Shown piece after piece: positions 8,197-17,182 of a stretch of DNA of 64,000 nucleotides (its first letter is position 1; the number at the start of each line of letters is the position of its first letter). The translations under genes were made by a program, and so were the position numbers. Source of the stretch: Dokdonia sp. (lineage in GTDB: Bacteria; Bacteroidota; Bacteroidia; Flavobacteriales; Flavobacteriaceae); the NCBI GenBank assembly GCA_040118945.1, contig JBEDTH010000010.1:10731-74730 (forward strand), given 5' to 3'. The notes under the pieces were generated by a model. The model had not been told where the DNA came from. It saw only the letters and a list, made by a program, of their open reading frames with translations, and did not search any database.

Positions 8197-9291
8197 TTAA
8201 ACATTAAACAAGAAGTGCATCACATCGCCGTCCTTGACGATATACGTCTTCCCCTCTATTCCTAATTTGCCAGCTTCTCTAACTTTGGCTTCGCTACCAT
8301 AAGTGACAAAATCTTCATATTTGATCACTTCGGCTCTAATAAATCCTTTTTCAAAATCGGTATGAATCACACCGGCTGCTTGAGGTGCGGTTGCGCCTAT
8401 ATTTACCGTCCAGGCACGTACTTCCTTCTCTCCCGCGGTAAAATAAGTTTGCTGGTTTAATAAAGAGTATGCGCCTCGTATGAGTTTGGCACTTCCAGGC
8501 TCATCCAAACCTATGTCGGCCAAAAATAGCTGTCGCTCTTCATAATCGTCGAGCTCTGTAATATCAGCCTCTGTACCTACAGCCAGTACAATTACCTCAG
8601 CGTTTTCATCTTTTACGGCCTGTTTGACCTTGTCTACATAGTCGTTTCCAGACACCGCCGCATTCTCATCTACGTTACAAACATACATCACGGGTTTGTC
8701 TGTGATAAATTGCAATGGCTTGACATATTCGTCACGGGTATCCTCGTCTATATCGATAGCACGTACAGAAAGACCGCTTTCTAGCCCTTCTTTTATTTTG
8801 AGTAAAACAGCTTCTTCTGCTTGAGCTTCTTTGTTCCCAGTACGGGCAGCACGCTTTACTTTGTCTAGTTTCTTTTCGGCAGTTTCTAGATCCTTAAGTT
8901 GTAGCTCCATATCGATAGTCTCCTTATCTCTTATAGGATCTACAGACCCATCGACGTGTACTACATTATCATTATCAAAACAACGCAATACGTGTAAGAT
9001 GGCATCGGTTTCCCTAATATTTCCCAAAAACTGATTACCTAAGCCTTCACCTTTACTCGCGCCTTTTACCAATCCGGCAATATCTACAATCTCTACGGTA
9101 GCAGGGATGACACGTTCTGGCTTGACGAGTTCTTCGAGCTTGTTTAATCTTGGATCTGGAACATTTACCACACCAATATTAGGCTCTATCGTACAAAATG
9201 GATAGTTGGCACTTTGTGCCTTGGCGTTAGATAAACAATTAAATAAGGTCGATTTACCCACATTTGGCAATCCTACAATTCCTGCTTTCAT
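8197..9291 (-). CDS. ychF: Redox-regulated / ribosome-binding ATPase YchF
   Basis: MKAGIVGLPNVGKSTLFN P-loop and a TGS-like C-terminus. The start is placed at the internal Met (9291), which gives the usual ~364 aa; the ORF itself extends to 9345. Confidence 0.9.
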   Translation of the reverse strand: MKAGIVGLPNVGKSTLFNCLSNAKAQSANYPFCTIEPNIGVVNVPDPRLNKLEELVKPERVIPATVEIVDIAGLVKGASKGEGLGNQFLGNIRETDAILHVLRCFDNDNVVHVDGSVDPIRDKETIDMELQLKDLETAEKKLDKVKRAARTGNKEAQAEEAVLLKIKEGLESGLSVRAIDIDEDTRDEYVKPLQFITDKPVMYVCNVDENAAVSGNDYVDKVKQAVKDENAEVIVLAVGTEADITELDDYEERQLFLADIGLDEPGSAKLIRGAYSLLNQQTYFTAGEKEVRAWTVNIGATAPQAAGVIHTDFEKGFIRAEVIKYEDFVTYGSEAKVREAGKLGIEGKTYIVKDGDVMHFLFNV

Positions 9292-9458
9292 AGCGTATAA
9301 GAGATTTATAGTGCTGGTCAAGACCAACCCATAATGATCATTCAAATTTTTGTGTAAAAAACACTGCTTTTTTCAGGGGGCAAAGATAATAGGAATAACC
9401 GAATGTACGCCATCTCCCCTAGCAAAAGATATTACACCAACAACGGCCTACTCTTTTA

Positions 9459-10262
9459 TCATTCTAGCATCTCATAGAGGGCCTGCTGGTAGGTGGGATA
9501 ATCACTCAAATTATTATGCCCCCCCTCGGGTATAGTGATCAATTCTTTCTGATCCGAATTAATATGCTCATATAAACGTTTACCATGAGAATAATCTACC
9601 ACACCATCGGCTGTGCCGTGCACAATGGTTATGGGCGCTGTGACCTCATTAATAAAGGAGTAGGTCGGGAAAGGGTACTTGACCAAAGCGTCTACTGGTA
9701 AAAAGGGGAATCTAGATTTGGCCTCATTGGCTATGCTATAAAATGGTGTCTCTAAGATTAAACGTTCACCCTCATTTTTACTGGCCACATAAGTGGCAAA
9801 AGTGGTACCTAAACTACGGCCGTATAATGTCAAAGGGAGCTCTGGATATTGCGCTTTCGCGAAAGCGTACCACTGCAAGGCATCTTGGTATAAGCTTTCT
9901 TGAGACAGGGCACCGCTACTCTTACCAAACTGGCGATAATCCATCACAATAACCGCATAATTCATCGCGACTAAGGGTTGTACAAGCTCTCCCCAACGTG
10001 CCAAATTACCCGCATTACCATGGAAATAAAGAATGACCCCTTTAGGTTGTGGCTGGGTAAAATGTATACCGTGTAATCTAGCTTGCTGGGCTTCTAGCGT
10101 TACCTCTTCAAAGGGGCTCTCAAAGTCAAAACTATAGCTTGTGGGTAAAGGTGAAGGGTGAAAAATTAGATTTTCTTGAAAAAAATAAAGCCCACCACAT
10201 AATATGGCGTAAATATTGGCGAGAACAAAAAGAAGGAGGAGTGGTTTTTTAAGGCGTCGCAT
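9459..10262 (-). CDS. Alpha/beta-fold hydrolase with N-terminal membrane anchor
   Basis: Nucleophile elbow GRSLG, HG oxyanion motif (YFHGNAGN), and C-terminal D...GGH triad residues. Confidence 0.7.
   Translation of the reverse strand: MRRLKKPLLLLFVLANIYAILCGGLYFFQENLIFHPSPLPTSYSFDFESPFEEVTLEAQQARLHGIHFTQPQPKGVILYFHGNAGNLARWGELVQPLVAMNYAVIVMDYRQFGKSSGALSQESLYQDALQWYAFAKAQYPELPLTLYGRSLGTTFATYVASKNEGERLILETPFYSIANEAKSRFPFLPVDALVKYPFPTYSFINEVTAPITIVHGTADGVVDYSHGKRLYEHINSDQKELITIPEGGHNNLSDYPTYQQALYEMLE
9853..9866. repeat. Iterated palindrome GCTTTCGCGAAAGC (perfect 14-mer)
   Basis: Inside the minus-strand hydrolase gene, read as AFAKA; 16-bp version CGC...GCG. Confidence 0.95.
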
Positions 10263-10263
10263 T

Positions 10264-11124
10264 TTAGCGTTTGGTATTGTGAATCACGTGATAACTGCTG
10301 CCCTCAAGGGTAGATTGCTGTGGCTGAGAATCTAAAATTTCGGTAAGCATATGATGATAGCTTTCAAAATTATTCAAATTTTTATGCCCACCACCTATCA
10401 CGGTGTATAATTTTGTTTGCTTGGGTTTGATTTTTGACAATTTCACACTGGTTTTATATGGGATTAATTTGTCATCGGTACCGTGAATGATATGTATTGG
10501 GCATTGAACATATTTGAGCCATTTATAGGTGGGCAAAGGATATTTAATTAGCCAGCTCAAGGGCATAAAGGGCGCGTAACGAGCGGCAACTTTTGTCAAA
10601 CTATAATAAGGAGCGTCGAGAATAAGCATACGTGGGTTATTGACCGAGGCAAGCTTGGTAGCAAGTCCAGAACCCAAACTGCGTCCGTATAAAATGATAT
10701 ACTTTTCTGACACTTGCTCGCGCAGTTTATTATAGACTACCTGGATGTCTCGTTTTAAAGCTTTTTGGGTACGGCGCCCTGTACTCTTCCCAAACCCTCT
10801 GTAATCGAGCATGACCACATCGTAGCCATTACGCGTAAAATCGACAGCAAATTTACCCCAGCCTTTTATACTTTTTGAATTGCCTTTGAGGTATAATACC
10901 ACTCCCTTAGGACTCTTTATCTTAAAATGCAAGCCGTTAAGTGTGGCACCGTCGCGCGTTTCTATAGTATACTCTTCTATCTCTTGATTTTCGTAAAAGA
11001 ACTCGAAATCGGGAGGTAGTTTTTCGGCTTTAAACAAGAAATAGTCCTGCAAATAATAAAGCAACACACTTATCACCACATAAATGGCAATCATAATGAG
11101 TCCTATAGTAATGAGTTGAGACAT
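10264..11124 (-). CDS. Alpha/beta-fold hydrolase, tandem paralog of the preceding gene
   Basis: Same architecture: N-terminal TM, YLKGNS, GRSLG, GGH. Separated from its paralog by 1 nt. Confidence 0.7.
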   Translation of the reverse strand: MSQLITIGLIMIAIYVVISVLLYYLQDYFLFKAEKLPPDFEFFYENQEIEEYTIETRDGATLNGLHFKIKSPKGVVLYLKGNSKSIKGWGKFAVDFTRNGYDVVMLDYRGFGKSTGRRTQKALKRDIQVVYNKLREQVSEKYIILYGRSLGSGLATKLASVNNPRMLILDAPYYSLTKVAARYAPFMPLSWLIKYPLPTYKWLKYVQCPIHIIHGTDDKLIPYKTSVKLSKIKPKQTKLYTVIGGGHKNLNNFESYHHMLTEILDSQPQQSTLEGSSYHVIHNTKR

Positions 11125-11267
11125 TGTTTAAAGATAGCTAAAAAACCCAAGTTTGACTTTGCAAATCATAGAAGCCATGCCGTGGCTGGGGGTTGATTTT
11201 ACTAAGTATTTAACAGTATTTTAAGATAGGAAACCCCTTCCAGTCGTATCTTTAACATCTACAAACA

Positions 11268-14153
11268 ATGTACATGATGAAACAATCAAAAAACAATTTA
11301 AAACTACTCGTCGCTCTCTTTGCGACTGCTCTTCTATTTGTAGGCTGCGGCCAGGATGGAAAAGACACTGCCGAAGCTGAAGATAGCGCCTCGCTTTCGG
11401 TAGATTACGAAAAGTACGAACTTGAAAATGGCCTTGATGTCATTTTACACAACGACCCAAGTGATCCTATTGTATCGCTTGCCATCCAATATGGTGTTGG
11501 GTCTAATCGTGAAAAAACCGGTCGTACTGGTTTTGCTCACTTATTTGAGCATATGCTTTTTCAAGAATCTGAAAATGTACCCCAAGATCAATTCTTTAAG
11601 ACAGTACAAGATGCTGGAGGTACACTAAATGGAGGTACTTGGAAAGATGGTACCATCTATTATGAAACTGTCCCTAACAACGCTTTAGAAACCATCTTAT
11701 GGTTAGAGAGTGATCGTATGGGCTTTTTGATTAATACCGTGACAGAATCTGCCTTTATGAACCAACAAGAAGTGGTTCAAAACGAAAAGCGTCAGCGTGT
11801 CGACAACAACCCTTACGGGCACACAAGCTGGGTATTGGACAAAAACATTTATCCAGAAGGACATCCCTATAACTGGCAGGTTATTGGAGAATTGGTCGAT
11901 CTACAAAATGCTACCGTAGACGATGTTAAGGAATTCTACGATCGTTTTTATGGGCCTAATAATGCTACCTTAGTATTGGCTGGAGATTTTGATACCGAAG
12001 AGGCTAAACAAATGATCGAAAAATACTTTGGAGAAATCAAAAGACGTCAGGAGGTGGCACCTTTAGAGCCACAACCTGTGACTATTGCCGAAACCAAAAG
12101 ATTATATCACGAAGATAATTTTGCGCAAGCACCACAATTACACATGGTATGGCCTACGCTAGAACAATACACCGATGATGCTTATGCTTTAGACTTCCTA
12201 GCCGAGATTTTGGCTAGTGGAAAAAAAGCACCTATGTATAACGTATTAGTCGAAGACAAGAAATTGACTTCTCGTGTGACGGCTTATAATAACTCTCAAG
12301 AAATTGCAGGAGAGTTTCACATTATTGTAACGGCAAACTCTGGCGTAGATCTCGATAATGTAGAAGCGGCTATTGAAGAAGGATTTACAAAATTTGAAAC
12401 AGAAGGTGTCACAGACCGTGATATCGAACGTATCAAAGCTGGTTTAGAAACAAGTTTTTACAACGGTATTAGCAGTGTTCAAGGAAAAGCCTTCCAGCTG
12501 GCTAGCTATAATGTATTTGCCGGATCGCCAGATTTTATCGAGCAGGACATCGAAAATATCAAAGGTGTGACCAAAGAAGATGTGATGCGTGTGTATAACA
12601 CTTACATCAAAGGAAAGCCTTTTGTGATGACAAGCTTTGTACCTAAAGGAAAATTAGACCTCATTGCCGAAAATTCTGAAAAAGCCCCTGTGGTTGAAGA
12701 AGAAATCAAAGAGAACGTCACTGTAGAAGTGACAGACGAAGCTACGGAGGTGGTAAAAACTCCATCGTTGATCGATCGTACAAAAGCGCCAGAAACAGGA
12801 CCATCTCCAGCGCTTAATGTGCCAGATCAATGGACGACGACTTTAGATAATGGCATGGAAGTGTATGGTATAGAACAAAACGAAATTCCTACAGTTAACT
12901 TTAGTTTGGTTATTGACGGAGGTCACTTACTTGACGATATGAATAAAAATGGTGTGGCCAACCTGATGTCTGACATTATGATGGAAGGAACCGCAAACAA
13001 AACACCAGCCGAGTTAGAAGAAGAAATAGAACTTCTTGGAGCGAGCATTAATATGTTTACTACCAGAGAATCTATAGTTGTACGTGGAAACACCCTAGTA
13101 CGTAACTTTGACAAAACCATGGATCTTGTAGAAGAAATTCTATTACAACCGCGTTGGGACGCCGCCGAATTTGAACGTATCAAAACGGCCACTATCAACC
13201 AGATCCAGCGCTCTGCTGCCAACCCTAATGCTGTAGCCAGTCGCGTTTACAACCGTGTGTTGTATGGAGACGATCACATCTTTGCTTACCCGACTAGTGG
13301 TACGGTAGAGTCTGTACAAGCCATTACTATGGATGACTTGAAGAACTACTACAACAATTATATCTCTCCTTCTGTGAGTAGATTTCATATTGTAGGTCAA
13401 ATCGATCAGTCAAAAACATTGGCGGTACTCGAAGACTTGAACAAAAACTGGGCGGCCAAGGAAGTAACGATTCCTGAATATCCAGTAGCCGATAATCGTG
13501 ACAAATCTTCACTTTTATTTGTTGATATTCCTAACGCCAAGCAGTCTGTTATTAGAATTGGTAATATTGGCCTTGCCAGAACCGATGATGATTTTTATGC
13601 TGCCGAGGTAATGAATTACAGTTTAGGAGGTGCCTTTAACGGGGTTGTTAATATGATACTTCGTGAAGAGAAAGGATATACCTATGGGGCACGTACCGGA
13701 TTTAACGGTTCAAAAATCCCAGGTACTTTTACCGCTTCTTCTAGTGTTCGTACCAATACTACTGGAGAGTCTGTAGAGATCTTTAGAGATGAGATTAAGA
13801 AGTATCAAGAAGGTATTTCTGAGGACGATCTCGCTTTTACAAAAAATGCTTTAATCAAATCTAATGCTCGTCGTTTTGAAACGCAATTTGCCTTATTAGG
13901 TATGTTACAAGAGCGCAGTGCTTACGATCTTCCAGAAGATTATATCGCAGGTGAAGAAACGACCATTCGCAATATGACCCTTGAGCGTCATAAAGAATTG
14001 GCAAACAAATACCTTAACGAAGAGACCATGGCGTATCTCGTAGTAGGTGATGGCGCTTCTCAATATGCTCAGTTTGAGAATATGGGCTTTGACGAGGTAA
14101 AAATGCTAGATAAAGAAGGAAACGAAGTGAATCTACAAGATGTAGAACAATAA
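11268..14153 (+). CDS. M16 (pitrilysin/insulinase) family zinc peptidase, double-length lipoprotein
   Basis: HLFEHMLF (inverted HxxEH zinc motif), signal peptide with lipobox LFVGC, and two M16 halves. Confidence 0.85.
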   Translation: MYMMKQSKNNLKLLVALFATALLFVGCGQDGKDTAEAEDSASLSVDYEKYELENGLDVILHNDPSDPIVSLAIQYGVGSNREKTGRTGFAHLFEHMLFQESENVPQDQFFKTVQDAGGTLNGGTWKDGTIYYETVPNNALETILWLESDRMGFLINTVTESAFMNQQEVVQNEKRQRVDNNPYGHTSWVLDKNIYPEGHPYNWQVIGELVDLQNATVDDVKEFYDRFYGPNNATLVLAGDFDTEEAKQMIEKYFGEIKRRQEVAPLEPQPVTIAETKRLYHEDNFAQAPQLHMVWPTLEQYTDDAYALDFLAEILASGKKAPMYNVLVEDKKLTSRVTAYNNSQEIAGEFHIIVTANSGVDLDNVEAAIEEGFTKFETEGVTDRDIERIKAGLETSFYNGISSVQGKAFQLASYNVFAGSPDFIEQDIENIKGVTKEDVMRVYNTYIKGKPFVMTSFVPKGKLDLIAENSEKAPVVEEEIKENVTVEVTDEATEVVKTPSLIDRTKAPETGPSPALNVPDQWTTTLDNGMEVYGIEQNEIPTVNFSLVIDGGHLLDDMNKNGVANLMSDIMMEGTANKTPAELEEEIELLGASINMFTTRESIVVRGNTLVRNFDKTMDLVEEILLQPRWDAAEFERIKTATINQIQRSAANPNAVASRVYNRVLYGDDHIFAYPTSGTVESVQAITMDDLKNYYNNYISPSVSRFHIVGQIDQSKTLAVLEDLNKNWAAKEVTIPEYPVADNRDKSSLLFVDIPNAKQSVIRIGNIGLARTDDDFYAAEVMNYSLGGAFNGVVNMILREEKGYTYGARTGFNGSKIPGTFTASSSVRTNTTGESVEIFRDEIKKYQEGISEDDLAFTKNALIKSNARRFETQFALLGMLQERSAYDLPEDYIAGEETTIRNMTLERHKELANKYLNEETMAYLVVGDGASQYAQFENMGFDEVKMLDKEGNEVNLQDVEQ

Positions 14154-14177
14154 CATCACTTTTATACTTTAGAAAAA

Positions 14178-14204
14178 GGGATATCGAAGGATGTCCCTTT
14201 TTTT
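14178..14204 (+). terminator. Intrinsic terminator after the M16 peptidase gene
   Basis: GGGATATC...GGATGTCCC hairpin followed by T7. Confidence 0.6.
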
Positions 14205-14252
14205 ATTTAATACCTTTACCAGATCAAAACCTTTCTCAGGCATAATATCCTC

Positions 14253-15725
14253 TTGGCAGTATCTCTTAGTGTCTTGCTGCTCTTTGCCATCTATGTATAT
14301 GTAGATACTACTGGTTTTTATACCCACATCGAGACGGCTGCCTTATGGGTGCGCGAGTGGTTTGGCACCTTTTACCTTTGGTTAGGTTTGGGCTGTGTGT
14401 TTTTTATATTGGCTATTTCGCTTTCCCCTTTCGGGAAACGTAAATTGGGACCACCCAATGCGGTGTCAGAGTTTAGCAGAGGCGCTTGGATCGCCATGCT
14501 ATACAGTGCCGGTATGGGAGCGGGTATTTTATTGAGAGCCGTGCAAGAACCTGTTTTTATGCAACAGCACCCTCCTATTTCTACTGGAAATCCCGTAGAA
14601 GTTGTGGCCTTAGAATACACCTTTTATCAATGGGGGTTTACCGCTTGGGCATTTTATGGGCTCTTTGCCTTGATTTTGGGATACTACCTATATAACAGCC
14701 AGACGCCTGTGCGCATGAGCGCAACCCTAGGGCAAAATAAGAGTCCCTCGCTATGGACCAAACTAAGTAAAGGAAGTATCGATAGTCTTACCATTGTCAC
14801 AACGGTCTTTGGACTTATAGGAGCCATTGCTTTGGGTACCACCCAAATTAACGGCGGGCTCAATCACCTTTTTGAAACCGATTTTGGGCTGGGCACCACC
14901 ATTGCCCTAACCCTAACTATTTCACTCTTGGCTTTTGTCTCGGTGTGGAGTGGCATGCACAAAGGAATCAAAATTATTTCTACCTGGAATATTTATGTTA
15001 CCCTAGCCATATTGTTATATATTTTCGCGCAAAGCGATGTCTTGTCGGTGTTGAGCAATTTTGTGCAAAGCCTCTATCACTACTTGCTCGATTTTGTACC
15101 CTTGAGTATCGCGACTGCGCCTTATGATCCTGGCAAAGCTTTTTTAACAGATTGGACCTATTACTATTGGGCCTTTTGGCTAGCTTGGGCGCCGTTTACT
15201 GGGGTGTTTATCGCCCGTATTTCAAAAGGAAGAAGTCTAAGAGAATTGCTTATTGGAGTTTTGCTGATCCCTTCTTTGGGTACCTTTTTTTGGTTTTCGG
15301 TTTTTGGAACTTCAGCTTTTGATGTCATTAAAGATTGGGGGAGTTATAATAGTGAATTTGGCAATGTTTTCTCTTCCATTTTTGTCTTTTTTGAACAGTA
15401 CCCAGGTGCAGGAATACTCAATGTGATCACCCTGCTGCTGCTTATTAGTTTTTTAGTCACCTCTGTAGATTCGGCTGTATTTGTACTGAGCATGTTTACC
15501 GATAAGGGCAAGGTAGATCCCAGCAAAAAACATCGCTTAATTTGGTCATTGTGTTTGGCGATATTTTCGGTGGCTATAATCCTTCTAGGCAATGCCCGCG
15601 CCGATGTAGATGTATTGGTGGCCCTCCAAAAATTACTCATTATCACCTCTCTTCCTTTTGCGCTATTTATTATCCTAATGGTACTTTTGTTTTTGAGACA
15701 TCTTTCGCGAAAGCCAAAACAGTAA
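14253..15725 (+). CDS. BCCT-family (betaine/carnitine/choline) transporter
   Basis: Signature WTYYYWAFWLAWAPFTGVFIARISKGRSLRE and about 12 TM segments. TTG start as given by the ORF track. Confidence 0.85.
   Translation: MAVSLSVLLLFAIYVYVDTTGFYTHIETAALWVREWFGTFYLWLGLGCVFFILAISLSPFGKRKLGPPNAVSEFSRGAWIAMLYSAGMGAGILLRAVQEPVFMQQHPPISTGNPVEVVALEYTFYQWGFTAWAFYGLFALILGYYLYNSQTPVRMSATLGQNKSPSLWTKLSKGSIDSLTIVTTVFGLIGAIALGTTQINGGLNHLFETDFGLGTTIALTLTISLLAFVSVWSGMHKGIKIISTWNIYVTLAILLYIFAQSDVLSVLSNFVQSLYHYLLDFVPLSIATAPYDPGKAFLTDWTYYYWAFWLAWAPFTGVFIARISKGRSLRELLIGVLLIPSLGTFFWFSVFGTSAFDVIKDWGSYNSEFGNVFSSIFVFFEQYPGAGILNVITLLLLISFLVTSVDSAVFVLSMFTDKGKVDPSKKHRLIWSLCLAIFSVAIILLGNARADVDVLVALQKLLIITSLPFALFIILMVLLFLRHLSRKPKQ
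15702..15713. repeat. Iterated palindrome core CTTTCGCGAAAG (perfect 12-mer)
   Basis: Inside the BCCT gene in a different frame, read as LSRK. Confidence 0.95.
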
Positions 15726-15732
15726 CCACGGT

Positions 15733-16125
15733 ATGGAAAAAACAGATCTTAGCCATAGAGATGATATTGCCCGTCTAGTCACCGCCTTTTATGACAGGAT
15801 TAGGGCTGATGTCTATTTGGGTCCCATTTTTAATAAACACATCCAAGATTGGGAGGCTCACTTGTGTCACCTTACCGATTTTTGGGAACACAGTCTATTT
15901 CTAAAAGGCCACTATACGGGTAATCCTTTAAAAGCTCATGAAAGCGTTGACGCAGCCCACGGGTATCAAATTAATGAACAACACTTTGGCATTTGGCTCA
16001 ATCACTGGTCACAAACCATCGATAGCCTCTATCAAGGGCCACAGGCGGAGATTTTAAAGTTACGTGCCAGAAAAATGGCCACTCATATCCACATCCATAT
16101 TTTTAAGCAACGTCCTCAAGGGTAA
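15733..16125 (+). CDS. Truncated hemoglobin (group III-like globin)
   Basis: 130 aa; the pattern FYDRIRADVYLGPIF...W..HL..LTDFWEHSLF...YTGNPLKAH is typical of truncated globins. Confidence 0.65.
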   Translation: MEKTDLSHRDDIARLVTAFYDRIRADVYLGPIFNKHIQDWEAHLCHLTDFWEHSLFLKGHYTGNPLKAHESVDAAHGYQINEQHFGIWLNHWSQTIDSLYQGPQAEILKLRARKMATHIHIHIFKQRPQG

Positions 16126-16248
16126 CAAACTAGCCCAACCTCCCACCATAAATCCTGTAAAGACCATAGCAGTTGCGCCTTTCTCAATACCAATTGAAAG
16201 TAGTACCACCTACCGATACTTGTCAAAAAATGGTATCTTTCGCCGCTC

Positions 16249-17115
16249 ATGAATGTAGCAAACAGTCCTCATTTTCGGCCTTTTAAAGTGATAGGTATAG
16301 GCGCTACCTTTTCGCCAAATCTCACAGCCAATCTCTCTGAAGCCGCCCGATTATCTCTTTTTTTTGATGCCAAATTAGTGGTGATTCACGTAGGAGAAGC
16401 ATCTACAGACAAACGCCAGCAATTTGAAGCTATTTTATCTCCATTTGTAGCACAGGGACTCTGTTTTGAATGCATTTTTATGCCCGGTAAGCCGGTAGCC
16501 GTCATCTTACACACTACCGAAGCCTTAAAAATAGATTTACTAATTATAGGGGCGCTGCAGCGCGAAAATGTGCTCAATTATTATTTAGGCTCTATTGCTA
16601 GAAAAGTAAGTCGCAGCGTCAAATGTCATATCCTTTTATTGATTAAACCTTCGATCAAACGCGTGGCTTGTAATCACATAGTGGTTAATGGTCTGGAAAA
16701 CCCAAAGACTGAACAATCGATACATATCGCCTGTTATGTCGGAGCACAATTAGGCGCAAGTAAAATGACCATAGTCGAAGAGATCAGGCATCAAGAAATT
16801 CACGTCAATGTAAAGGATGACACCTCATTGCGCAGAGCTACTATTGTACGCGAAAAACTAAGACGCCGAGAAGATAGCCGGGTTCAAAATATAGTAAACG
16901 CTATTCCTAAAACGATGAAATCCCAAATGAGTATCAATACTCAATCTATATTTGGAAAAAGAGGGTATTCTATAGGACACTATGCCGAAATGGCGCGTGC
17001 CGATCTTTTGGTGATGAATGCCCACTCCAAAACACGATTTTGGGATAGGCTATTCCCTCATGATATAGAACACATACTCACCGAGCTGCCTACAGACGTA
17101 CTAATTTTACAATGA
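16249..17115 (+). CDS. Tandem-domain universal stress protein (UspA family)
   Basis: Two Usp-like halves (VVIHVGE..., LLIIGA...; ADLLVMNAHS...). Its stop overlaps an ATG (ATGA) at 17112. Confidence 0.7.
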   Translation: MNVANSPHFRPFKVIGIGATFSPNLTANLSEAARLSLFFDAKLVVIHVGEASTDKRQQFEAILSPFVAQGLCFECIFMPGKPVAVILHTTEALKIDLLIIGALQRENVLNYYLGSIARKVSRSVKCHILLLIKPSIKRVACNHIVVNGLENPKTEQSIHIACYVGAQLGASKMTIVEEIRHQEIHVNVKDDTSLRRATIVREKLRRREDSRVQNIVNAIPKTMKSQMSINTQSIFGKRGYSIGHYAEMARADLLVMNAHSKTRFWDRLFPHDIEHILTELPTDVLILQ

Positions 17116-17182
17116 GCACTAAAAAAATCATACCAAGGCTTTTTTTAAGGAGCTTCCGCGCAATGTCTTTTCGGGCTTTGTA

